Positions 10,568-24,044 of a stretch of 64,000 bases of DNA are shown here, one piece after another (the stretch's first letter is position 1; every line of letters starts with the position of its first letter). This stretch comes from Massalongia carnosa (taxonomy: Eukaryota): positions 1,736,001 through 1,800,000 of the forward strand of contig OZ287080.1 of assembly GCA_965645245.1 (NCBI GenBank), in the 5' to 3' direction. The notes under the pieces were generated by a model. It ran no database searches. It saw only the letters and a list, made by a program, of their open reading frames with translations, and had not been told where the DNA came from. Made by a program: the position numbers and the translations under genes.

Positions 10568-12913
10568 CTAGACAGAATATGCTCCTTCGTAATTAGGATA
10601 TCCAGTCCCCTTCATTACACTTGCCTCTGTTACTTCGAGAATTGGAAGCTCCGCTAGTCGAGTAACTATATGACTCAAAGTTGGCAAGGTTTTGCGGTCA
10701 TGCGTCGTGAACTTGAAATTTGCCTTGCTTGCGTGCATTACCGTTTCCTGTCCTTCTTGGTAAAACTGCCCGCGAGGAAGACAAACTATCTGGTTAACAT
10801 CTGCCTTATCGTTATCAACCAGGCTAGGAATGTAGCGGTGAGTGAACAATGCACTTCGCACTTTCTTGGCATTCAAGCCAGCAGCATCTTCGGTTACGCC
10901 AAGAAGTGTTACCTCCGCGAAATCAATACCTCGCCAACTGGCATTGAGCCTGTAAGAATTTCCTTCCTGTTCGCACTGAAGATCACAAAACAATTTTGGG
11001 ATGCCCAAATCTTCTCTGTCGTATACAAGAGCATCAGGTGAGCTGACAAATAGAACCGCCAGGAACGATCCAAGCACTTCCGGTTTCTTGGTAAGGTGTA
11101 CGTTATGGATGTAAAAGCCGAATTGGTCATAACTGTGGCCTCCAAGCCAGCTCACCCTAGACCAAGTAACATTTGAGAAGCTAGCATAGGCAACGCTTCC
11201 TAGACCTTCAAAGTTCATCGAATCGTTTGGTAGAAGATTCTCGAGAAGTGTACGTGACGTTTTAAACACAATTGATAGACGGCTATAGGCTGAGGCAATG
11301 TTTTCCCTCTCATAGAACAGTTGTCGAGGCCCAGGCATTGGTCCAAAACCTAGCGGCATGGACCAGCTGGGTCGTAATTTTCTGTACATCAGTTCACGGA
11401 GCTTCTGCGTAGTGTGATCATGCTCATCATGCCCAAAGATATACGGGAGAAACTCTTTAACCAATCGTTCTCTGTTTACCCGGGCATCCTCATTTCCTGC
11501 TTCGAGGTCTTGCCCTAAGAGCCGAGACTGCGAGTGAATTCTGTTCGGGCGTTCGTTTCGGCATTCGTTATATAGTTGTAGTCTCTCTAAGATATCATCA
11601 CGGCATGTTCCAGGTGGAAACACCGCCGCAAGAGAAGAAGCGTCTTCTATCGCAGATGCAGCTCCCTGCCCTATATGTGGTAAGAATGCTAGTGCTGCAT
11701 CTCCTAATAAGCAAAGATTGCTAGCTAGTCGAGTGGGAAGCGGATCCATATCAAGCAGTTGCCACAGTTTAATTGAAGAAGGTTCAGCTAGGTCCATTAG
11801 AGCGAGCAACCGCGGATCAAAGTCATCAAACATGTTCATCATGTTTACTTTGTGGGACGTGCTATTATCATGTTCTCCGAAGGCGTCTTGAGACGGAGAT
11901 GTAAGTAAAGACACATCTGGATGCATACAAACAAAGTTAAGAAGTTCGTTAAATTGGGTGGTGTATACCCATATACGTCTGCATTTTATCAATGCGGCTC
12001 TTTATACGCTTATTACTTTACTAACCTATCTCTTCCGTACCATATAGCAAACTCTCCGTCACGGATCTGGAGATCTGCCACAAGTGTGGTGCCTATTGCT
12101 TTTTTTCGCTCTACCATGAAACGGTAGGCGCTCTTGCCAGAGGGAAAAGGTTTTGTCGAGGATACTTTTGCTCTTGCAATGGACTAGACTGTCATTTGCC
12201 AACGAAAAACTGCTGGCAGCACCATAACTTACTTTTACACCATCAGCACCAACCACAAAATCGCCAGTAAATGTTGATCCGTTCTCCAAACGCACCACGT
12301 TTGTGTTCACGTCAACATCACTAACCCCGGAAGTTAGGTGAAGCTTCACAGGTGGTCCAATACCATCCGTAGAAGTAGCAGCAACTCTTAAAAGTTTGTG
12401 GATTGAAGCACGATGGCAGAGCAATCCTGGATGCTGCCAAAGATGTGCACCTTTGGTCAGATCTAAAGAGGCTAAAAGTTGTCCTGTGCTCATATACTCC
12501 GTATGCTAGTGCTCAATCTCATTAGCTGCTTGCTTGCTTCTGCTGGTAAACATAAGTGATTCACCCATTGTCTAGGTATTGCTCCATGTTCCTCAGGGTA
12601 GATTTCAAGTCGCCGTAGGATTCCAGTTGCGTTAGGCGCTAAGATCACGGCGGCTCCGAGCTCAGCTGCAAATTGAGACCGCTCAAAGATCTAGAGAACT
12701 TAGTCATGCTGCTCGTGCCCTTGAGTAGGTTTATAGTCATTCACTGTGACGTTGTGTCCATTTCTTCGAAGTCCAAGAGCAGCGGTAAGACCTCCGATTC
12801 CAGCACCTAGAAGAAACCAAAATTATCATCTTAATATATAGAGGTTTCGAATTTACAAAAGACAGACCGATAACAAGAACGTTCAGTGGCTCGGAGGCAG
12901 CCAGATTAGCCAT
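10568..12913 (-). CDS. FAD-dependent monooxygenase (salicylate hydroxylase-like) fused to an acetoacetate decarboxylase-like domain; multi-exon
   Basis: Spliced GAGIGG, 'VVGADG' and 'LLGDAA..PHIGQGA..AIEDA' motifs. C-terminal 'WLGG..Y...G.YIH' and 'REDLGIPK' ADC-like motifs. Canonical GT-AG introns. Confidence 0.82.
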
Positions 12914-13653
12914 AGGACGATGCATAACAACACCTTGAAAAAAAATTAAATTTTCTTGGTGTTTTAGTCAGTTTTCCTAAATGATAACTACTATCGCAAA
13001 CTACATCTCTGCGATGATAAGCTTTTAAACAGACAGTCAAGAAGCCCACCTCAGAATTAGATAGCGTATCACAGACAGATAATACTATGTGTGTGGTGTC
13101 TATTCTCGCTCATGATAGTTGTTCAAGTGGAACTAAGACTGCTCTACACTCACCGTGCCACTCCTAGCCCCGGGCTTCCGAGCAGGCTTCTATGCAGTAA
13201 TAAGGCACATTATGCATTGAAACGTTAGAACGAGACCCAGCTATCAAGGACTCAAGTCGGCATACACCATTCGTAGGTATCTAGTGCGTCGATCCTCTGC
13301 TTGATCTTTTAGTTACAGGGCCGCTGCCTGAAACATTCCTCTTCCGCACCACTCCAAGTTCACTTGATCTGCAAGACACACTTCTTAGCCCTTCAGTTCA
13401 TCGGCAATATCGGCCTACTTTAGGGGCTGCATTGCAGCTCTGCAGGTGTTCCCCTATTAGCCACTTGCAGGGCATCACCCTTCGATTACTAACATCAGCT
13501 TCGCACGAATGCATTCATCAATCCCCGACAGCGCCATAAAGCAGCATTGCCAACCTTATTCTTCAGCAAGCTTGAAGTGGAATCGTATTATGAGCTGGAT
13601 TGCGCACTATTTTCTCAGAAGACTTTACACAAAAAAATTATACCTACAAAATA

Positions 13654-14995
13654 ATGGAAGAAACAATCGTTCCCGATTTGAATCGAGGTCCCATGGTACT
13701 AGGAATATCATGGACTACGACAGGCTTTGCTGTGTTCATGGTCTCCCTACGCGTGTACTTGCGGTTCAAGCATCGTGCACATGGTTGGGACGATTATGCT
13801 ATTTATCTTGCTTCAGTAAGCTTCACTTTATTGCACTTAGGAAAGGTCGTCTGTTAACACAGCCAGGCTACGAGCATTTATGGTTCAATACTTAATACCC
13901 TGCAGGTCACCAATGGATTTGGAAGACATATTCAATATGTGAGATCGTCGCTCAAGCAGGTGACGAAATATACGATCCTTGTTGAGATGCAAAACGGCAT
14001 TGGTACCTTCCTCGTGAAATTATCCGTATCGATATTTATCCTGCGTTTGATCAAAGGAACGCATAGGAAAATAAAAACTGCCGTATGGTTATTCATAACT
14101 ATTCTACTATTGATCACACTGGCTACACTTCTGGTTCTTAGTCTCCGGTGCATACCGTACCAAAAACAATGGGACCCTGACCTACCTGGGTTTTGTTATT
14201 CACCTGAAATCATTACCCAATTCATAAGAATACTTGGAGGTCCGAGCTATCCCGTATACAATATAACCAGTGCTGATATTGTGTAGTAATTGGAACCGCA
14301 ACTGATTTTATCTGCGTAATAATCCCGGTTTTCATCATTCGCGGACTGAAACTCAACCAAAGCACCAAATATGGGATGACTGGTGTATTGGCATTGGGTT
14401 TTGTGTGAGATATCAGTTCTTTGTTGTTCTATGCGCCTCTGACCACAAGACAGTATTGCTGCGTGCGGAATTGGAAAGAGTGTGACAGTGGAGATAGTGA
14501 CACCAGACTTTACATGTGTGTACCTAACTATTTTCTGCCCTGAACTCTTGCTGATAGAGCGATAGATGACTACGTTCCGGTCGAGATCTGGGCATTGTAT
14601 GGCTTTCCGACCCTCACAGCACAACTTGCGAGCCTTAACTAATACTCCTAAGAGTCGAAGAGAACATGGGAGTCGCTGTAGCTTGCCTCCCTGTTCTTCG
14701 GCCTCTTTTTACATCTCTGGTGGACCGGGCAAGCGTATGGACCAAGTCTTCTACGCACAGTGAGGTTAAAAACTGGAGCAATAAAGTCCCAAGTTTCTTC
14801 AGTAACAGGAGTAACGTCACTAATAAAGTCGGGTTTGACCAATCAGATCAGGATCAGATAGTGGCAGCGAAAGGCACCATCAACGTTTGCAAGACTACAC
14901 ATGTGGGGTTTGAACTTCAAGAGAATCCTAAATCTGGGGTCGAGAATCAATGGAATGACACACTGTTTCAAAGCTACGCAGTCCGAAGCCGTTAA
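13654..14995 (+). CDS. Pth11-like / fungal rhodopsin-domain integral membrane protein; multi-exon
   Basis: 'LRVYLR...GWDDY', 'VKLSVSIFILRL', 'C.P..K.WD....G.C' and 'MGVAVACLPVLRPL' motifs with several hydrophobic helices. Confidence 0.85.
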
Positions 14996-15585
14996 GAACA
15001 CAGAGGGTTCGATCTACTGGCTGTTGTAATCGCCAGTTGTGAACATATCAATTGCTTATAGATCTATGAAGGGATACAAGGTAGCTATACACACGAAGTC
15101 GGCTAGAGTCAAATGTATCCCGAATTCTGATATTGACGGGTTTTCAGCGGGTTCTATTATAAAAGGATGTTTGATGTAGTTATTAAAGTTTGATCCTCGA
15201 AAATCACTTCGATTCCCGTAATAAAATAACCGAGAAGATAGACACTCTGGATGAGTGCCCATGATGATAGTCTTTATCGTCTAACACTAAAAACGCACCA
15301 TCTTGCTGAGGACTAGTAAAGCTGTCATTTTGACAATCAGCAATCGGCGTGTAAGCAGAATAAGGTCTAACGCCAGCAGAAAAGTGAAAACCTTTCACTT
15401 TTTTGTTGCTTTCCTTGGTTCATCTATCATAACCGGTTTAGATAACGGGTATGGCCATGAGAAGACATTACATCTTGTCTCTACAACTGATAATTGTTCT
15501 ACAGACCTTCCAACCGCAAACGAAACCTGCTACTAATCTCAACTGCTGAAAAATATGCCAGACATTCGATTCAGAATAACTACTC

Positions 15586-17373
15586 CTATCTTACCCGAAA
15601 CTCCAACCAGTGATCCCGATAAACCGCAACCGCAAACCTCTCTCTCTTAAAAGGGATTTCCGGTCTAGCGGACTGTATCTCAAACTCTCTCAATAGCTGC
15701 ACACACAACTTGTTGAACTCCATATGGGCAAAACCTCTCCCCGGACATTCCCGATCTCCATACCCAAACCACATGCCATATCGATGCATCCGTTCAATTT
15801 TTGCGGGATCTTCAAGCCACCGTTCCGGCCGAAATGTATCTGCGTCGTCCCCGAAGATACCCCTGTCTCGGTGTATGATGCAGGGGCTGGTAGCAATTTC
15901 GGTTCTACCGGGGATTCGAGTGCCGTTGACGAGGAGACCATCTTTGTAGACGTAGCGGGGAAGAAGAGTCTGCGCGGGGGCATCATGACGTAGAGTCTCA
16001 TAGACACAAGCCATGAAGTAAGGCAGCTTGGTTGTCTCGTCGTAAGTGACGACGGGAGAGGAAAGAGCACCGGCGTGCTGGGCAGAATGAAGCTCCGCGC
16101 TGAGTTTGGAGTAGATGGAAGGGCTGCGGATGACATTGTCGAAAAAAGGGGTGATGAAGGCCGCGACACCTTCCAATGCGGCCGAGGTGAAGATCAGAGC
16201 TTCGGCTTCGATGTCTTCCGAGGACATGGGAGGCGAGGTGTGTTGTCTGAGGAGTCTGAGGGGAAGACCGGGTACTTTGTTAAGTCCAGGACTTTACCAA
16301 AGGGCAGGAATCTTCAACCAACCCATCGAATAGACATTGCTTGCCCTTGAGCTGCGGCACTTGTCTACGCTTCTCGACCATGTGTCGGTAGAACTATGTG
16401 GAGAGTCAGCAGGTGGGTTATCGGCTAGGAAGAAACTGATGTTTCTCCTTACTGAACACAGTTTCTTGACGCTCTTGAATGCCGATGTATGAGCGAAAAC
16501 GTGCTTCCTCAAGAAAGTATTGTTGACAATAGGTATCATGAACGAAGGAAATGCTGCAATTATCCCAGACATTGCATAGGTGCCCTGCAATGCGTTGATA
16601 AGACCATCTACGTCGCGGCTTTGTGCAACACATCCGATAGGCTCGCCATGAAGGACGTGGCTAAAGACATCGTTAAGAAACCAACTACGGATACACGGTT
16701 AAAATACACAAAGAAACCGGAAGGGTGATTCCCACCCACCGAACATAGTCTGAGAAGTCGAGAATACTCACAGAACCGGCCGACTTCTGTCTGATGACTT
16801 TGCACAATTCAATAATTCGCTCGTCGAAGCGGTCTTCGTACATCTTTAAAGCCTTCATTGATAACTATTTCAAGAAGAAGAACAACCACGTCAGCCGACT
16901 CAACGGGGCAACGTAGAAGGCATCAAGTACCTACACAAGGAGATATGCTTCGCTTTTTCTGAGCATGTAGATCATGCGGTAGTGTCTGGAACATTGAAAT
17001 TGCATTATCAAACAGCCACGAACTATAGAGTAGAGTTTTGTCGGCGCGCCTGTGATAAATAACGGGTAAGAGCTCTGGGTCACTGAATGACAACAAATTC
17101 GGGGCGAGGCGAACGATGCGGCCTGATATACCGAATATTAGTATGATAAAAGATGTTAGAGGCGACGAGAAGTTTTTTTTTTTCAATGCTAATCGTACCA
17201 TACTTTTCGTGTAGCTCGTACCCGTAAGTCGGAATGGAGCCTATGATGAACACTAGATATAAATCCGTGCAAGATCCCCAGAATGGACCGGGGAATTTGG
17301 ATAGAGGATGACAATAGCGGTTGTAAATGCCCTTTGTGACCAACCCGAGAAAGATCGGAACCAGAAAGGACAT
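15586..17373 (-). CDS. Cytochrome P450; multi-exon
   Basis: N-terminal 'HPLSKFPGP', 'LHEKYG.IVRLAPN', ExxR (ETLR), PERW and heme motif FGYGDRECPG. Confidence 0.93.
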
Positions 17374-18271
17374 GATGCAATGAGAGGCGAGAACTTTCCC
17401 AAACTCCGTAAAGAGCTGGGGGAAACACTCTGTGTGTATCATTGCTCGGTGTATCATTCAAAGCCCTCAATCATACAAAGCATCTGACGGGCGAATTGAA
17501 GATTTCAGGCTGCAACTGCTCGAGTGAAGGACAGAAAATATGTATATAATATGTCTAACAGGCGTGCTGCAATAGCAGATACTTTAAACTCCAGCTCCAA
17601 GAAGAGGCCACAAAACGAAAGGATAACAACATGAATGATATGTATCTGACGGGCATAGAATGACCGTGCCTGAAGTGTGCAATCCATAGGGGGCTAGGGT
17701 GAATGCATCCACCAGGAGGATTGTTGACGCCGTTGGAATAGAAAATACGACAGGGTGAAGCAGTGACCGCAGCGAATGAAGCTGGTGGATAACTCTTCAG
17801 CCCTTCCTTCAGCCCCTTTTACCATGATAGATCAAACTTTGTTGAACCAATAGAAGCTCAACGGTGTAACCCCAAACAAGGAGTTGGAGCCGAAGACCTC
17901 TTAGGACGCAAAGAAGAGGATCATTTGGCAACAGGCTATATGCCTTACGGCCTTTAAACGTTCGACTCCATGCGGATCCACCCTGATGCTTTCGGTTTGA
18001 AGTCATGGCTTCCGATTGATCAATACCTACGGCGGAACGTGCAGCTTACTACTATATATATGCTTAGGAGCGGCCCGGTGCGCAGCTGAAAGCTTCCAGC
18101 GTTAGGTGTTCGCACTGTAACCAACTTTTTACCCGTACCCGGGTATTACCCGGGTACGGGTACAGATTTTGAAGTATCCGGCACGCGGGGACCGAAAAAG
18201 TGGCGACACCAAAATTTTCACCCCACCAAAATCCTATCAAAACATCGATTTATTTACATCAGAAACTGCTA

Positions 18272-19404
18272 CTAATGACCTGTCATTCTTCCATCACCGT
18301 CTAAAACGTCCTCCAGTCGTTGGGGCATACTTAATACCAAAGATTTAATGAATTCCTGAGAAACATGATCCCTCCAGCCCGTTTGAATGGCCTCAATCGT
18401 ACTCTTATTATCCGAATGATCTGATTTTGACAGCCATTGTTTTACTGGCTGCCAGCAGTTCTCAATGACGGACAAATCGGGAGATTTGGGAGCATTGAGG
18501 TAGTACTTTAGCCCATGTTCTTCCTTCCATTTTCGAACGATGTTGTTGTTGTTTGCAGAACCGTGACCAGAATCACCATCTTCTTCCAAAACAAATCGTT
18601 CACCGACCTCAAGACATGGCTTAATAACAGGCTCCAAAATAGAGTCAATATAGACTCGTTGACTCATTTTCCCATTGTTATTTCCTGGAACCTCGTAAAA
18701 GTACAAATCGGACTTGTAATTCCACCCGACCTTAGCCCAACAATGATAACGTTTTTGCACTGATTCTGGGATTTCTTTCCCTTCCTGCATACAATCAAAG
18801 CAGTATCTTTCACCCGGACGACGTATGATTCGTAATTGACGTTGAGGTCCCTGTCCAAAATACACTTGATCACTGAAGCGTACCAGCTTCCAGTCCTCGA
18901 GAGTGTACTTGCATTTCATTTCTCTGGCAAATGTACGTCGTTTGGCACGTATATTCGGAGACAGCCATGTTCTCGTGCATGCTAAACACTTGTGATACTC
19001 CAAGTCCTGCATAGCTCTTCGAACGGTATGCCAATGTGCGTGATTTGCCCCTATGAGACCCACTTCCGCAGCTAATTCATGCCACGTTTTAGCTCGTGCT
19101 TGTATGCCTCCATTTTCTATGATCTCCTGCATATTTTGAATGTACTCAGCTGCTACGAGTTTCTTTCTTCCTTGCGTTTCCGGCCTGTTTGAATTTTTAT
19201 GAAAATGTCGAGAAGAATCATCTTTGAGCATTGCCCATCCCCTGCTTCGTTCCACTCCAAAATGACGAAATACGTCGCTTTTGAAATAGGATATGCCTTG
19301 CGCGTTGTTAAATTCGCACACAGCTTGTACTTTGGCTTTAGTAGGTGTAGAGTACTCATGTTGAAATCATGAGACTCTAACTGAGGTGTTTGTTGACGTT
19401 GCAT
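18272..19404 (-). pseudogene. Tc1/mariner DDE transposase with an N-terminal frameshift
   Basis: Motifs VRFSDQ, LEEDGDSGH and SPDLSVIENCW. The ATG at 19404 is out of frame with the main ORF. Confidence 0.85.
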
Positions 19405-20022
19405 GATGATCGAATTGTTTGATGATAAATGAGTTTTGGTGGGGTGAAAATTTTGGTGTCGCAACTTTTTTGGTCCCCGCTGTCACGGTTTTACCAGACT
19501 ATCGACCTAGCTACTTTGGATCTAACTCTCGAGCTCGAGTTTAGGCTGACACAAGCGGAACAAGCCGCGGTTGAGTCGCTTGAGGACTAGTGGCCGCTGG
19601 ACTATAAAGAGGCGAGATTTGTCAGGACTCGGGTGTGGGAGCGCTAAATCCAACGGCTCTTTCCGACCGAAGCTTCGGAGATAAGCTTCTAGAGCCGGAT
19701 GGAAACTTCGAGAAGGGCAAACGGGGCATATAGATTTCACATTCTTCTTTGTAGATAGATTTCTCTTCTTCATGCTTAGTCTCTGTAAGGAAGCTGTCGT
19801 CGATTCTAATCAACCGCTATTAAACTAAAATTTATCTACAAAAGAAGAAAAGAAACATTGTGCGCGACTCGCTAGAAATATCTGCACCGAGTGTCGCGCT
19901 AGCCTCGCGTGCTCGCGTGCTCCCCCCTTCCATCTCAGCCTTATGTCAGGCTAGGACCCTGACACTATCCCCCCTTCTATTGGCGAGGTCTCCGAAGCGC
20001 TAAGTGGCAGGCGCCCTGCCAG

Positions 20023-23000
20023 CTAGCCTGATTCTTGATTATCATCTATTTTTGTTAGATCATCTGGTGGTTTGGGTTTCTGTGGATGTTCTCGATGATA
20101 TTGGAGGATTTTGTCCTTTGAATTCTTGAAGTCGGTCCATGGTTGCCAGTAAGGGTTCGCGTTCCATTCATCCCAATTTCCAATGAAGGTTGCTTTCTAC
20201 TGCACGCCGAACTTTCTTGTTTCGCGGCAGTCTATTATTTCGAGGACTTCCCATTCTTCGTGGGCCTCCTCTTCGTCGTTTTCGGTTATGGCTATGGGCG
20301 GTCCAGGCGGTACGACTTGTCCTGGGAATGGGTTGGAAGGTGCGAGATGTAGCTTCCACGGATGAAAGATGGGGGTAAGCCCGACGTTCTTTAACTGATC
20401 CGGGATCTCTAATTCGTATGCTTTATTGTCAATAATTCTTATTATCTTCCATGGTCCTATGTTCTTGAAGCTTAATGATCTGCTGGGTCTTTCTGAAGCA
20501 AAGTGCTTGGCGTTTACATAAACCATGTCCCCGATTTTGTATTCCGGGTGAGGTTGACGGCCTTTGTTTGCGTGTCGTGTTTGTTCTTCCTGAGCCCAGG
20601 CTAATTGATCTCGGAGCCAGGTTCGCATGGCTTCTTGCCGTTCTATGATTTTGTCAGCATGCAGTATCTCTACTTTTCCTTTTCCTTCGTATGTGCCTGG
20701 TGGTTCGATGCCACAGCGTGGGTGGAAGCCATGGTCTGCGAAGAATGGAGTCATTCCCGTTGATACATTTACATGATTGTTGGCGGCAAACTCTGCGTCT
20801 GAAAGATAATCCACCCAGTTGTCTTGTGTGTAATTGACGTATGCTCGGAGATAATTTTTCATTACCTTGTTGGCGTTTTCGGTTTGACCGTCTGTTTCGG
20901 GATGATGTGCAGATGAGAATTTGATTTTCACCCCGTATCTTTCGCAAACTCTTTTCCATAAGTGAGCGGTTAGTTGACTACCGCGATCGTTTACTGTTGA
21001 TATAGGAAATCCGTAAGAGGAGAATAATCTCCTGGACATCGCATCCATCAGTTCATCAGTAGAGAGAGAGGTTAGTGGTTCATATAATCGTCTTTTCGTT
21101 AAACGATCTACTATCACTAATATGTGTTGATAGACTCTGTTTCGTCTTCGGCATTCTGGAAGGAATTCGACGAAGTCCAATGACACGTCCATCCATTTTC
21201 TATTTGGAATAGGAAGAGGATTCAGCAGGCCTTGCTTCTTGTCGTTGTATGCTTTTGATCTTCGGCATACGGAGCAGTTAACTGCGTATCTCTTGCAGTG
21301 ATCCTTCATTTCAAACCAGAAATAATTTTCTCTCATTATCTGATACATACTTTTGTATCCCGGATGGCCCTGTAATGGTGGTTCGTGATGCTTTTTCAGT
21401 AAATGTAGCTGCAATGGCTCGTAATCTGGTACGTATAGTCTTCCTTTGACATACAGCTTGTCGTTTTCTAGTTTGAGGTCCCCCATTGCTAGCTTTATTC
21501 CTCTTTTTATGAGGTTCAATGGGAGTTTCCTCAGTTCCTTCCTCTTTGCTGCTACTATGTCTTGAACTGTTTCGTCTTTTTCGTAAGCTTCTTCAATTAG
21601 TTCCTCCAAAGTCTTCGTTACTGAGCTCTCGGTCTCGTCGATCACTGATGTAGGTTCTGCGTTGGGTTCCTCCGATCCTGTTGTGTCTTCCTCGATGAAT
21701 TCGCTTTGATTATCTTGATTGTTATCGTCGTCGTCGTCGTCCGCTGTGTTTGCGCAGAACACGACTGCTAACGCTTTTCGTACATCGTCATCTAGTTGAT
21801 GCTCTTGAAGCAGCGTTTGAAACTGATGTTGCTCTCTGATATCTTCGAATCCTTTCGGGAGATCTTGAGAGCGTCGAGTAAGCGTATCCGGTTTCTCTCC
21901 TTGCTTTCCCGGTCGATACATAATCTTGAAATTAAATTCGGAAAGAAATTCCGCCCATCTGGCTTGCCTTCTGTTTAGCTGCTTCGTGGTCATGAAGTGC
22001 TCTAAATTCTTGTGATCGGTGTATACTTTAACAGGTTTATCAGGAGCAGCACTTGCAACCTCGGGGCGCCAGACTTCGAAGCTCTTTACAATAGCGAGGA
22101 GTTCCTTATCATAAATCATATAGTTACACTCGGCAGGGGTCATCTTCTTGGAAAAATAGGCTACCGGTTTCAGTACTCCATCGTGCATTTGAGAGAGTAC
22201 TCCGGCGCTGACGAAATCTGAAGAGTCAGTCTCGACCCATGTTTCCAGGGCCGGATCGTAATGTGCTAAGACGGGAGCGGTGGTGAACGCAATTTTTAAA
22301 TCTTCGAAGGCCTTTTGACAATCTTCAGACCATACGAACGAATTATACTTGGTTCGTTTCTTTCCTGATTTCGTCGTTATTTGTTCGCCCTTTGTTAATT
22401 CTGTTAACGATCTCGTCCGTTGCGAAAATCTCGATATAAATCGTCGATAAAAATTCGCAAAGCCTAAAAATGCTTGCACGTCTTTTACGGAGCCTGGGGT
22501 CTCCCATTTCAGAATCGCCTCGATTTTCTCCGAGTCCATCTTTATTCCATCGGTGGTAACTATTAATCCAAGATACTTTACTTCCGTCACAGAGAATTCG
22601 CATTTGTCTATGTCCACTTGCAGTCCTTTCTCCTTCAATCGAGTTAGAACTTTTAACACTTGTTCGGAATGCTCTTCTTCCTTTTCGCTATAAATTAGGA
22701 CATCGTCCAAGTACGCAGTGCAGAAGACGTCTAAGTATTCTCTGACTGTATCGTTAATGAAGCTCTGAAAGGTTCCCGGAGCGTTGCAGAGACCGAATGG
22801 CATTACCAGATATTCGAACTGACCATATCTGGTATTGAAAGCCGTTAGCCATTCGTGGCCTTCCTTCATTCTCATACGATTGAAAGCGGTAATCACATCC
22901 AGTTTTGTGAACTTCTTGGCTTGTGATAGTTTTCCCAACGTTTCATTTATCAACGGTATTGGGTACCTGTTCTTGATCGTGATGGAGTTTAAGGCTCTAT

Positions 23001-23970
23001 AATCTACGCAAAATCTTAAACCACCCCCTGGTTTTCTAACTAAAAGAACGGGGGCTGCTGCGCTTGACGAACTTGGACGGATGAAGCCTTTTCCCAGATG
23101 CTCGTCGATGTATTTTTTAACCGCTTCCAATTCTTGTTCTGACATGGGTTTATAGTTCCTTACGTACGGAGCTTCTTTTCCCGCTTCGAGATTTATCTGA
23201 TGATCCTCCTTCCGGTGTTCAGGCAGTTCATCCGCCTTGTGCTTCATGAAAACATCTATTACGCTGTGATAAGCTGCTGGGACTCTCTCCAACAACTCCT
23301 CTCGGGTGTATTCCGGTTTTCCCTTCATGAACTTGTCGTAATCTCCTGATGTCACTGCTCCGGTGGTAGTTGCGCAGAAGGCCTTCTTTGTTTCTCGAGG
23401 AATCCATAGATAGCCGTCGTGATCCTTCTTTCTGGCCATTCGAAAGAAGTGTTTTGCGTTGACTGGAAGAACTTCGATGTCTTCCTTAGGCTCGATCCTA
23501 TTCTTAACCTTGCTTCCCACAGCGAATTCGGTGCAAGTTATCCCTCGTGTAAGACATCCTTTTTCAAGACAATTTGATGAGTTGAACTTCATCGTTCTCT
23601 CTTTCCAATTGATCATTGGGTTGTGCGTTTGCAGCCATCCATCCCCTAAAATGACTGCATACGCTTCTAGTTTTGCCAAATAACATAAGACTTGCTCTTC
23701 GTGATCTCCGATTTTCACGTCGATCAAGGCGGCCTTCGAGAGGAGCTGTACTACCTCTCCATTTCCCAAAGTAAGTTTCACCTTCTCATCCAATTTGAAG
23801 GTGTTCAATTTGTGTTTACGCACAAAGGATTCGTCAATGAGTTCAGCTTCACTTCCATTATCGATAATTAAACGGGTTTTAATTCCAGCTATGCTAGTTT
23901 TAAAAACTAAATGCTTGCCCTCGATTTTCTTTTCAGTATCGCGGACAGCACAAGTAGAGACCCTAATCAT
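20023..23970 (-). CDS. pol: Pol of element B (PR-RT-RH-IN-chromodomain); nonsense codon in the chromodomain at 20197-20199
   Basis: IIDNGS, YLDDVLIYS, ETDSSD, NDRGSQ, ETDGQTE and GPW motifs. After 'KFGVQ*' the frame continues as 'KATFIGNWDEWNANPYWQPW' to a stop at 20023. Confidence 0.93.
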
Positions 23971-24044
23971 TTTCGTTTCAGTGTCACCGTTCCCATTAAC
24001 AACCTCCTTGTTTGTAAGCCCTTGATCGCGATTTCGATCAAGGA

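Noticed and set aside
19481..19964. Single 484-bp LTR for element B
   Set aside because: Only 19784-19964 is repeated at 25901-26081, and the GTCTC TSD defines the boundary. The rest belongs to a separate solo LTR.
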